This document shows positions 11,401 to 24,800 of a DNA stretch of 64,000 bases, piece after piece. The stretch comes from Eledone cirrhosa. Its lineage: Eukaryota. Every line of letters begins with the position of its first letter. Position 1 is the first letter of the stretch. The DNA is taken from NCBI GenBank assembly GCA_964016885.1, contig OZ024743.1, positions 337,962,001-338,026,000 on the forward strand. Reading direction: 5' to 3'. The notes beneath the pieces are model-generated. The model made no database searches, was not told the origin of the DNA, and saw only the letters and a program-made list of their open reading frames with translations. The translations under genes were made by a program, and so were the position numbers.

Positions 11401-14400
11401 CTACCTGGTCTTTTTACACTTTAGCATGCAGTCTATCTACCTGGTCTTTTACACTTTAGCATGCGGTCTATCTACCTGGTCTTTTACACTTTAGCATGCG
11501 GTCTATCTACCTGGTCTTTTACACTTTAACATGCTGTCTATCTACCTGGTCTTTTACACTTTAGCATGCGTTCAAACTACCTGCCCTTTTACACTTTAGC
11601 ATGCAGTCTATCTACCTGGTCTTTTACACTTTAGCATGCGGTCTATCTACCTGGTCTTTTACACTTTAGCATGCGGTCTATCTACCTGGTCTTCTACATT
11701 TTAGCATGCGGTCTATCTACCTGGTCTTGTCAACTTTAGCATGCGGTCTATCTACCTGGTCTTTTACAATTTAGCATGCAGTCTATCTACCTGGTATTTT
11801 ACACTTTAGTATGCGGTCTATCTACCGGGTCTTTTACAATTCAGCATGCAGTCTATCTACCTGGTATTTTACATTTTAGCATGTGTCTATCTACCTAGTC
11901 TTTTACACTGCAGCATGTGGTCTATCTACCTGGTCTTTTACACTTTGGCATGCAGTCTATCTAACTGCCCTTTTACACTTTAGCATGCAGTCTATCTACC
12001 TGGTCTTTTACACTTTAGTATGCGGTCTCTCTACCTGGTTATTACACTTCAGCATGCAGTCTATCTACCTGGTCTTTTACACTTTAGCATGCAGTCTATC
12101 TACCTGGTATTTTACATTTTAGCATGTCTATCTACCTGGTCTTTTATACTGCAGCATGTGGTCTATCTACCTGGTCTTTTACACTTTGGCATGCAGTCTA
12201 TCTACCTGGTCTTTTACACTTTAGCATGCGGTCTATCTACCTGGTCTTTTACACTTTAGCATGAGGTCTATCTACCTGGTCTTTTTACACTGTAGCATGC
12301 TTTATATCTACCTGGTCTTCTACGCTTTAGCATGCGGTCTATCTACCTGGTCTTTTACACTTTAGCATGCGGTCTATCTACTTGGTCTTTTACACTTTAT
12401 CATGCGTTCTATCTACCTGGTCTTTTACACTTTAGCATGCGGACAATCTACCTGGTCATTTACACTTTAGCATGCGGTCTATCTACATGGTCTTTCACAC
12501 TTTAGCATGCCTTCTATCTACCTGGTCTTTTACACTTTAACATGCGGTCTATCTACCTGGTCTTTTACACTTTAGCATGCAGTCTATCTACCTGGTCTTT
12601 TACACTTTAGCATGCAGTCTATCTACCTGGTCTTTTACACTTTAGCATCCGGTCTCTCTCCCTGGTCTTTTACACTTTAGCATGCGGTCTATCTACCTGG
12701 TCTTTTACACTTTAGCAAGCGGTCTATCTACCTGGTCTTTTACACTTTAGCATGCGGTCTATCTACCTGGTCTTTTACACTTTAGCAGGCGGTTTATCTA
12801 CCTTGTCTTTTACACTTTAGCATGCGGTCTATCTACCTGGTCTTTTACACTTTAGCATGCGGTCTATCTATTTGGTCTTTTTACAGTTTAGCATGCGTTC
12901 TATCAACCTGGTCTTTTACAATTTAGCATGCGGTCTATCTACCTGGTCTTTTACACTGAGGCATGCGGTCTATCTACCTGGTCTTTTAAACTTTAACATG
13001 CTGTCTATCTACCTGGTCTTTTACACTTTAGCATGCGTTCAAACTACCTGCCCTTTTACACTTTAGCATGCAGTCTATCTACCTGGTCTTTTACACTTTA
13101 GTATGCGGTCTATCTGCCTGGTCTTTTACACTTCAGCATGCAGTCTATCTACCTGGTCTTTTACACTTTAGCATGCAGTCTATCTACCTGGTATTTTACA
13201 TTTTAGCATGTGTCTATCTACCTAGTCTTTTACACTGCAGCATGTGGTCTATCTACCTGGTCTTTTACGCTTTGGCATGCAGTGTATCTACCTGCCCTTT
13301 TACACTTTAGCATGCAGTCTATCTACCTGGTCTTTTACATTTTAGTATGCGGTCTATCTACCTGGTCTTTTACACTTCAGCATGCAGTCTATCTACCTGG
13401 TCTTTTACACTTTAGCATGCGGTCTATCTACCTGGTCTTTTACACTTTAGCATGCAGTCTATCTACCTGGTCTTCTCCACTTTAGCATGCGGTCTATCTA
13501 CCTGGTCTTTTCAACTTTAGCATGCGGTCTATCTACCTGGTCTTTTACAATTTAGCATGCGGTCTATCTACCTGGTCTTTTACACTTTAGCAGGCGGTCT
13601 ATCTACCTTGTCCTTTACCCTTTAACATGCAGTCTATCTACCTGGTCTTTTACCCTTCAGCATGCAGTCTATCTACCTGGTGTTTTACACTTCAGCATGC
13701 GGTCTATCTAGCTGGTCTTTTCAACTTTAGCAAGCGGTCTATCTACCTGGTCTTTTACTCTTTAGCATGCGGTCTATCTACCTGGTCTTTTACACTTTAG
13801 CAGGCGGTCTATCTACCTGGTCTTTTACACTTTAGCATGCGGTCTATCTACCTGGTCTTTTTACAGTTTAGCATGCGTTCTATCTACCTGGTCTTTTACA
13901 ATTTAGCAGGCGGTCTATCTACCTTGTCTTTTACCCTTTAACATGCAGTCTATCTACCTGGTCTTTTACCCTTCATCATGAAGTCTATCTACCTGGTGTT
14001 TTACACTTTACCATGCGGTCTATCTACCTGGTCTTTTCAACTTTAGCAAGCGGTCTATCTACCTGGTCTTTTACACTTTAGCATGCAGTCTATCTACCTG
14101 GTCTTTTACACTTTAGCATGCGGTCTATCTACCTGGTCTTTTTACAGTTTAGCATGCGTTCTATCTACCTGGTCTTTTACAATTTAGCATGCAGTCTATC
14201 TACCTGCTCTTTTACAACGTAGCATGCGATCTATCTACCTGGTCTTTTACACTGAGGCATGCCGTCTATCTACCTGGTCTTTTACACTTTAACATGCTGT
14301 CTATCTACCTGGTCTTTTACACTTTCGCATGCGTTCAAACTACCTGCCCTTTTACACTTTAGCATGCAGTCTATCTACCTGGTCTTTTACACTTTAGCAT

Positions 14401-15899
14401 GCGGTCTATCTACCTGGTCTTTTACACTTTAGCATGCAGTCTATCTACCTGATCTTTTTACACTTTAGCATGCAGTCTATCTACCTGTTCTTTTACACTT
14501 TAGCATGCGGTCTATCTACCTGGTCTTTTACACTTTAGCATGCGGTCTATCTACCTGGTCTTTTACACTTTAACATGCTGTCTATCTACCTGGTCTTTTA
14601 CACTTTAGCATGCGTTCAAACTACCTGCCCTTTTACACTTTAGCATGCAGTCTATCTACCTGGTCTTTTACACTTTAGCATGCGGTCTATCTACCTGGTC
14701 TTTTACACTTTAGCATGCGGTCTATCTACCTGGTCTTCTACATTTTAGCATGCGGTCTATCTACCTGGTCTTGTCAACTTTAGCATGCGGTCTATCTACC
14801 TGGTCTTTTACAATTTAGCATGCGGTCTATCTACCTGGTCTTTTACACTTCAGCAGGCGGTCTATCTACCTTGTCTTTTACCCTTTAACATGCAGTCTAT
14901 CTACCTGGTCTTTTACCCTTCAGCATGCAGTCTATCTACCTGGTGTTCTACACTTTAGCATGCGCTCTATCTACCTGGTCTTTTCAACTTTAGCAAGCGG
15001 TCTATCTACCTGGTCTTTTACACTTTAGCATGCGGTCTATCTACCTGGTCTTTTACACTTTAACATGCTGTCTATCTACCTGGTCTTTTACACTTTAGCA
15101 TGCGTTCAAACTACCTGCCCTTTTACACTTTAGCATGCAGTCTATCTACCTGGTCTTTTACACTTTAGTATGCGGTCTATCTACCTGGTCTTTTACACTT
15201 CAGCATGCAGTCTATCTACCTGGTCTTTTACACTTTAGCATGCAGTCTATCTACCTGGTATTTTACATTTTAGCATGTGTCTATCTACCTAGTCTTTTAC
15301 ACTGCAGCATGTGGTCTATCTACCTGGTCTTTTACGCTTTGGCATGCAGTCTATCTACCTGCCCTTTTACACTTTAGCATGCAGTCTATCTACCTGGTCT
15401 TTTACATTTTAGTATGTGGTCTATCTACCTGGTCTTTTACACTTTAGCAGGCGGTCTATCTACCTGGTCTTTTACACTTTAGCATGCGGTCTATCTACCT
15501 GGTCTTTTTACAGTTTAGCATGCGTTCTATCTACCTTGTCTTTTACAATTTAGCATGCAGTCTATCTACCTGCTCTTTTACAACGTAGCATGCGATCTAT
15601 CTACCTGGTCTTTTACACTGAGGCATGCGGTCTATCTACCTGGTCTTTTACACTTTAACATGCTGTCTATCTACCTGGTCTTTTACACTTTCGCATGCGT
15701 TCAAACTACCTGCCCTTTTACACTTTAGCATGCAGTCTATCTACCTGGTCTTTTACCCTTTAGCATGCGGTCTATCTACCTGGTCTTTTACACTTTAGCA
15801 TGCAGTCTATCTACCTGGTCTTTTTACACTTTAGCATGCAGTCTATCTACCTGGTCTTTTACACTTTAGCATGCGGTCTATCTACCTGGTCTTTTACAC

Positions 15900-18800
15900 T
15901 TTAGCATGCGGTCTATCTACCTGGTCTTTTACACTTTAACATGCTGTCTATCTACCTGGTCTTTTACACTTTAGCATGCGTTCAAACTACCTGCCCTTTT
16001 ACACTTTAGCATGCAGTCTATCTACCTGGTCTTTTACACTTTAGCATGCGGTCTATCTACCTGGTCTTTTACACTTTAGCATGCGGTCTATCTACCTGGT
16101 CTTCTACATTTTAGCATGCGGTCTATCTACCTGGTCTTGTCAACTTTAGCATGCGGTCTATCTACCTGGTCTTTTACAATTTAGCATGCGGTCTATCTAC
16201 CTGGTCTTTTACACTTCAGCAGGCGGTCTATCTACCTTGTCTTTTACCCTTTAACATGCAGTCTATCTACCTGGTCTTTTACCCTTCAGCATGCAGTCTA
16301 TCTACCTGGTGTTCTACACTTTAGCATGCGGTCTATCTACCTGGTCTTTTCAACTTTAGCAAGCGGTCTATCTACCTGGTCTTTTACACTTTAGCATGCG
16401 GTCTATCTACCTGGTCTTTTACACTTTAACATGCTGTCTATCTACCTGGTCTTTTACACTTTAGCATGCGTTCAAACTACCTGCCCTTTTACACTTTAGC
16501 ATGCAGTCTATCTACCTGGTCTTTTACACTTTAGTATGCGGTCTATCTACCTGGTCTTTTACACTTCAGCATGCAGTCTATCTACCTGGTCTTTTACACT
16601 TTAGCATGCAGTCTATCTACCTGGTATTTTACATTTTAGCATGTGTCTATCTACCTAGTCTTTTACACTGCAGCATGTGGTCTATCTACCTGGTCTTTTA
16701 CGCTTTGGCATGCAGTCTATCTACCTGCCCTTTTACACTTTAGCATGCAGTCTATCTACCTGGTCTTTTACATTTTAGTATGCGGTCTATCTACCTGGTC
16801 TTTTACACTTTAGCAGGCGGTCTATCTACCTGGTCTTTTACACTTTAGCATGCGGTCTATCTACCTGGTCTTTTTACAGTTTAGCATGCGTTCTATCTAC
16901 CTGGTCTTTTACAATTTAGCATGCAGTCTATCTACCTGCTCTTTTACAACGTAGCATGCGATCTATCTACCTGGTCTTTTACACTGAGGCATGCGGTCTA
17001 TCTACCTGGTCTTTTACACTTTAACATGCTGTCTATCTACCTGGTCTTTTACACTTTCGCATGCGTTCAAACTACCTGCCCTTTTACACTTTAGCATGCA
17101 GTCTATCTACCTGGTCTTTTACACTTTAGCATGCGGTCTATCTACCTGGTCTTTTACACTTTAGCATGCAGTCTATCTACCTGGTCTTTTTACACTTTAG
17201 CATGCAGTCTATCTACCTGATCTTTTACACTTTAGCATGCGGTCTATCTACCTGGTCTTTTACACTTTAACATGCTGTCTATCTACCTGGTCTTTTACAC
17301 TTTAGCATGCGTTCAAACTACCTGCCCCTTTACACTTTAGCATGCAGTCTATCTACCTGGTCTTTTACACTTTAGCATGCGGCCTATCTACCTGGTCTTC
17401 TACATTTTAGCATGCGGTCTATCTACCTGGTCTTGTCAACTTTAGCATGCGGTCTATCTACCTGGTCTTTTACAATTTAGCATGCGGTCTATCTACCTGG
17501 TCTTTTACACTTCAGCAGGCGGTCTATCTACCTTGACTTTTACCCTTTAACATGCAGTCTATCTACCTGGTCTTTTACCCTTCAGCATCCAGTCTATCTA
17601 CCTGGTGTTCTACACTTTAGCATGCGGTCTATCTACCTGGTCTTTTCAACTTTAGCAAGCGGTCTATCTACCTGGTCTTTTACACTTTAGCATGCGGTCT
17701 ATCTACCTGGTCTTTTACACTTTAGCATGCGGTCTATCTATTTGGTCTTTTTACAGTTTAGCATGCGTTCTATCAACCTGGTCTTTTACAATTTAGCATG
17801 CAGTCTATCTACCTGGTCTTTTACAACGTAGCATGCGGTCTATCTACCTGGTCTTTTACACTGATGCGTGCGGTCTATCTACCTGGTCTTTTACACTTTA
17901 ACATGATGTCTATCTACCTGGTCTTTTACACTTTAGCATGCGTTCAAACTACCTGCCCTTTTACACTTTAGCATGCAGTCTATCTACCTGGTCTTTTACA
18001 CTTTAGTATGCGGTCTATCTACCTGGTCTTTTACACTTCAGCATGCAGTCTATCTACCTGGTCTTTTACACTTTAGCATGCAGTCTATCTACCTGGTATT
18101 TTACATTTTAGCATGTGTCTATCTACCTAGTCTTTTACACTGCAGCATGTGGTCTATCTACCTGGTCTTTTACACTTTGGCATGCAGTCTATCTACCTGC
18201 CCTTTTACACTTTAGCATGCAGTCTATCTACCTGGTCTTTTACATTTTAGTATGCGGTCTATCTACCAGGTCTTTTACACTTCAGCATGCAGTCTATCTA
18301 CCTGGTCCTTTACACTTTAGCATGCGGTCTATCTATCTGGTCTTTTACACTTTAGCATGCAGTCTATCTACCTGGTCTTCTCCACTTTAGCATGCGGTCT
18401 ATCTACATGGTCTTTTCAACTTTAGCATGCGGTCTATCTACCTGGTCTTTTACAATTTAGCATGCGGTCTATCTACCTGGTCTTTTACACTTTAGCAGGC
18501 GGTCTATCTACCTTGTCCTTTACCCTTTACCATGCAGTCTATCTACCTGGTCTTTTACACTTTAGCATGCGGTCTATCTACCTGGTCTTTTACACTTTAG
18601 AAGGCTGTCTATCTACCTGGTCTTTTACACTTTAGCATGCGGTCTATCTACCTGGTCTTTTTACAGTTTAGCATGCGTTCTATCTACCTGGTCTTTTACA
18701 CTTTAGCAGGCGGTCTATCTACCTTGACTTTTACCCTTTAACCTGCAGTCTATCTACCTGGTCTTTTACCCTTCAGCATGCAGTCTATCTACCTGGTGTT

Positions 18801-21800
18801 TTACACTTTAGCATGCGGTCTATCTACCTGGTCTTTTCAACTTTAGCAAGCGGTCTATCTACCTGGTCTTTTAGACTTTAGCATGCGGTCTATCTACCTG
18901 GTCTTTTACACTTTTGCAGGCGGTCTATCTACCTTGTCTTTTACACTTTAGCATGCGGTCTATCTACCTGGTCTTTTACACTTTAGCATGCGGTCTATCT
19001 ACCTGGTCTTTTTACAGCTTAGCATGCGTTCTATCTACCTGGTCTTTTACAATTTAGCATGCAGTCTATCTACCTGGTCTTTTACAACGTAGCATGCGAT
19101 CTATCTACCTGGTCTTTTACACTGAGGCATGCGGTCTATCTACCTGGTCTTTTACACTTTAACATGCTGTCTATCTACCTGATCTTTTACACTTTCGCAT
19201 GCGTTCAAACTACCTGCCCTTTTACACTTTAGCATGCAGTCTATCTACCTGGTCTTTTACACTTTAGCATGCGGTCTATCTACCTGGTCTTTTACACTTT
19301 AGCATGCAGTCTATCTACCTGGTCTTTTTACACTTTAGCATGCAGTCTATCTACCTGGTCTTTTACACTTTAGCATGTGGTCTATCTACCTGGTCTTTTA
19401 CACTTTAGCATGCGGTCTATCTACCTGGTCTTCTACATTTTAGCATGCGGTCTATCTACCTGGTCTTGTCAACTTTAGCATGCGGTCTATCTATATGGTC
19501 TTTTACAATTTAGCATGCGGTCTATCTACATGGTCTTTTACACTTCAGCAGGCGGTCCATCTACCTTGTCTTTTACCCTTTAACATGCAGTCTATCTACC
19601 TGGTCTTTTACACTTTAGCATGCGGTCTATCTACCTTGTCTTTTACACTTTAGACTGCAGTCTATCTACCTGGTCTTTTAGACTTTAGCATGCGGTCTAT
19701 CTACCTGGTCTTTTACACTTTAGCAGGCGGTCTATCTACCTTGTCTTTTACACTTTAGCATGCGGTCTATCTACCTGGTCTTTTACACTTTAGCATGCGG
19801 TCTATCTATTTGGTCTTTTTACAGTTTAGCATGCGTTCTATCAACCTGGTCTTTTACAATTTAGCATGCGGTCTATCTACCTGGTCTTTTACACTTTAGC
19901 ATGCGGTCTATCTACATGGTCTTTTACACTTTAGCATGCGGTCTATCTACCTGGTCTTTTACACTTTAACATGCTGTCTATCTACCTGGTCTTTTACACT
20001 TTAGCATGCGTTCAAACTACCTGCCCTTTTACACTTTAGCATGCAGTCTATCTACCTGGTCTTTTACACTTTAGCATGCGGTCTATCTACCTGGTCTTTT
20101 ACACTTTAGCATGCGGTCTATCTACCTGGTCTTCTACATTTTAGCATGCGGTCTATCTACCTGGTCTTGTCAACTTTAGCATGCGGTCTATCTACCTGGT
20201 CTTTTACAATTTAGCATGCGGTCTATCTACCTGGTCTTTTACACTTCAGCAGGCGGTCTATCTACCTTGTCTTTTACCCTTTAACATGCAGTCTATCTAC
20301 CTGGTCTTTTACCCTTCAGCATGCAGTCTATCTACCTGGTGTTCTACACTTTAGCATGCGGTCTATCTACCTGGTCTTTTCAACTTTAGCAAGCGGTCTA
20401 TCTACCTGGTCTTTTACACTTTAGCATGCGGTCTATCTACCTGGTCTTCTACACTTTAACATGCTGTCTATCTACCTGGTCTTTTACACTTTAGCATGCG
20501 TTCAAACTACCTTCCCTTTTACACTTTAGCATGCAGTCTATCTACCTGGTCTTTTACACTTTAGTATGCGGTCTATCTACCTGGTCTTTTACACTTCAGC
20601 ATGCAGTCTATCTACCTGGTCTTTTACACTTTAGCATGCAGTCTATCTACCTGGTATTTTACATTTTAGCATGTGTCTATCTACCTAGTCTTTTACACTG
20701 CAGCATGTGGTCTATCTACCTGGTCTTTTACGCTTTGGCATGCAGTCTATCTACCTGCCCTTTTACACTTTAGCATGCAGTCTATCTACCTGGTCTTTTA
20801 CATTTTAGTATGCGGTCTATCTACCTGGTCTTTTACACTTTAGCAGGCGGTCTATCTACCTGGTCTTTTACACTTTAGCATGCGGTCTATCTACCTGGTC
20901 TTTTTACAGTTTAGCATGCGTTCTATCTACCTGGTCTTTTACAATTTAGCATGCAGTCTATCTACCTGCTCTTTTACAACGTAGCATGCGATCTATCTAC
21001 CTGGTCTTTTACACTGAGGCATGCGGTCTATCTACCTGGTCTTTTACACTTTAACATGCTGTCTATCTACCTGGTCTTTTACACTTTCGCATGCGTTCAA
21101 ACTACCTGCCCTTTTACACTTTAGCATGCAGTCTATCTACCTGGTCTTTTACACTTTAGCATGCGGTCTATCTACCTGGTCTTTTACACTTTAGCATGCA
21201 GTCTATCTACCTGGTCTTTTTACACTTTAGCATGCAGTCTATCTACCTGGTCTTTTACACTTTAGCATGCGGTCTATCTACCTGGTCTTTTACACTTTAA
21301 CATGCTGTCTATCTACCTGGTCTTTTACACTTTAGCATGCGTTCAAACTACCTGCCCCTTTACACTTTAGCATGCAGTCTATCTACCTGGTCTTTTACAC
21401 TTTAGCATGCGGCCTATCTACCTGGTCTTCTACATTTTAGCATGCGGTCTATCTACCTGGTCTTTTACAATTTAGCATGCGGTCTATCTACCTGGTCTTT
21501 TACACTTCAGCAGGCGGTCTATCTACCTTGACTTTTACCCTTTAACATGCAGTCTATCTACCTGGTCTTTTACCCTTCAGCATCCAGTCTATCTACCTGG
21601 TGTTCTACACTTTAGCATGCGGTCTATCTACCTGGTCTTTTCAACTTTAGCAAGCGGTCTATCTACCTGGTCTTTTACACTTTAGCATGCGGTCTATCTA
21701 CCTGGTCTTTTACACTTTAGCATGCGGTCTATCTATTTGGTCTTTTTACAGTTTAGCATGCGTTCTATCAACCTGGTCTTTTACAATTTAGCATGCAGTC

Positions 21801-24800
21801 TATCTACCTGGTCTTTTACAACGTAGCATGCGGTCTATCTACCTGGTCTTTTACTCTGATGCGTGCGGTCTATCTACCTGGTCTTTTACACTTTAACATG
21901 CTGTCTATCTACCTGGTCTTTTACACTTTAGCATGCGTTCAAACTACCTGCCCTTTTACACTTTAGCATGCAGTCTATCTACCTGGTCTTTTACACTTTA
22001 GTATGCGGTCTATCTACCTGGTCTTTTACACTTCAGCATGCAGTCTATCTACCTGGTCTTTTACACTTTAGCATGCAGTCTATCTACCTGGTATTTTACA
22101 TTTTAGCATGTGTCTATCTACCTAGTCTTTTACACTGCAGCATGTGGTCTATCTACCTGGTCTTTTACACTTTGGCATGCAGTCTATCTACCTGCCCTTT
22201 TACACTTTAGCATGCAGTCTATCTACCTGGTCTTTTACATTTTAGTATGCGGTCTATCTACCAGGTCTTTTACACTTCAGCATGCAGTCTATCTACCTGG
22301 TCCTTTACACTTTAGCATGCGGTCTATCTATCTGGTCTTTTACACTTTAGCATGCAGTCTATCTACCTGGTCTTCTCCACTTTAGCATGCGGTCTATCTA
22401 CATGGTCTTTTCAACTTTAGCATGCGGTCTATCTACCTGGTCTTTTAGAATTTAGCATGCGGTCTATCTACCTGGTCTTTTACACTTTAGCAGGCGGTCT
22501 ATCTACCTTGTCCTTTACCCTTTACCATGCAGTCTATCTACCTGGTCTTTTACACTTTAGCATGCGGTCTATCTACCTGGTCTTTTACACTTTAGAAGGC
22601 TGTCTATCAACCTGGTCTTTTACACTTTAGCATGCGGTCTATCTACCTGGTCTTTTTACAGTTTAGCATGCGTTCTATCTACCTGGTCTTTTACACTTTA
22701 GCAGGCGGTCTATCTACCTTGACTTTTACACTTTAGCATGCGGTCTATCTACCTGGTCTTTTACACTTTAGCATGCAGTCTATCTACCTGGTGTTTTACA
22801 CTTTAGCATGCGGTCTATCTACCTGGTCTTTTCAACTTTAGCAAGCGGTCTATCTACCTGGTCTTTTAGACTTTAGCATGCGGTCTATCTACCTGGTCTT
22901 TTACACTTTTTCAGGCGGTCTATCTACCTTGTCTTTTACACTTTAGCATGCGGTCTATCTACCTGGTCTTTTACACTTTAGCATGCGGTCTATCTACCTG
23001 GTCTTTTTACAGTTTAGCATGCGTTCTATCTACCTGGTCTTTTACAATTTAGCATGCAGTCTATCTACCTGGTCTTTTACAACGTAGCATGCGATCTATC
23101 TACCTGGTCTTTTACACTGAGGCATGCGGTCTATCTACCTGGTCTTTTACACTTTAACATGCTGTCTATCTACCTGATCTTTTACACTTTCGCATGCGTT
23201 CAAACTACCTGCCCTTTTACACTTTAGCATGCAGTCTATCTACCTGGTCTTTTACACTTTAGCATGCGGTCTATCTACCTGGTCTTTTACACTTTAGCAT
23301 GCAGTCTATCTACCTGGTCTTTTTACACTTTAGCATGCAGTCTATCTACCTGGTCTTTTACACTTTAGCATGTGGTCTATCTACCTGGTCTTTTACACTT
23401 TAGCATGCGGTCTATCTACCTGGTCTTCTACATTTTAGCATGCGGTCTATCTACCTGGTCTTGTCAACTTTAGCACGCGGTCTATCTATATGGTCTTTTA
23501 CAATTTAGCATGCGGTCTATCTACATGGTCTTTTACACTTCAGCAGGCGGTCCATCTACCTTGTCTTTTACCCTTTAACATGCAGTCTATCTACGTGGTC
23601 TTTTACACTTTAGCATGCGGTCTATCTACCTTGTCTTTTACACTTTAGACTGCAGTCTATCTACCTGGTCTTTTAGACTTTAGCATGCGGTCTATCTGCC
23701 TGGTCTTTTACACTTTAGCAGGCGGTCTATCTACCTTGTCTTTTACACTTTAGCATGCGGTCTATCTACCTGGTCTTTTACACTTTAGCATGCGGTCTAT
23801 CTATTTGGTCTTTTTACAGTTTAGCATGCGTTCTATCAACCTGGTCTTTTACAATTTAGCATGCGGTCTATCTACCTGGTCTTTTACACTTTAGCATGCG
23901 GTATATCTACATGGTCTTTTACACTTTAGCATGCGGTCTATCTACCTGGTCTTTTACACTTTAACATGCTGTCTATCTACCTGGTCTTTTACACTTTAGC
24001 ATGCGTTCAAACTACCTGCCCTTTTACACTTTAGCATGCAGTCTATCTACCTGGTCTTTTACACTTTAGCATGCGGTCTATCTACCTGGTCTTTTACACT
24101 TTAGCATGCGGTCTATCTACCAGGTCTTCTACATTTTAGCATGCGGTCTATCTACCTGGTCTTGTCAACTTTAGCATGCGGTCTATCTACCTGGTCTTTT
24201 ACAATTTAGCATGCGGTCTATCTACCTGGTCTTTTACACTTCAGCAGGCGGTCTATCTACCTTGTCTTTTACCCTTTAACATGCAGTCTATCTACCTGGT
24301 CTTTTACCCTTCAGCATGCAGTCTATCTACCTGGTGTTCTACACTTTAGCATGCGGTCTATCTACCTGGTCTTTTCAACTTTAGCAAGCGGTCTATCTAC
24401 CTGGTCTTTTACACTTTAGCATGCGGTCTATCTACCTGGTCTTTTACACTTTAACATGCTGTCTATCTACCTGGTCTTTTACACTTTAGCATGCGTTCAA
24501 ACTACCTGCCCTTTTACACTTTAGCATGCAGTCTATCTACCTGGTCTTTTACACTTTAGTATGCGGTCTATCTACCTGGTCTTTTACACTTCAGCATGCA
24601 GTCTATCTACCTGGTCTTTTACACTTTAGCATGCAGTCTATCTACCTGGTATTTTACATTTTAGCATGTGTCTATCTACCTAGTCTTTTACACTGCAGCA
24701 TGTGGTCTATCTACCTGGTCTTTTACGCTTTGGCATGCAGTCTATCTACCTGCCCTTTTACACTTTAGCATGCAGTCTATCTACCTGGTCTTTTACATTT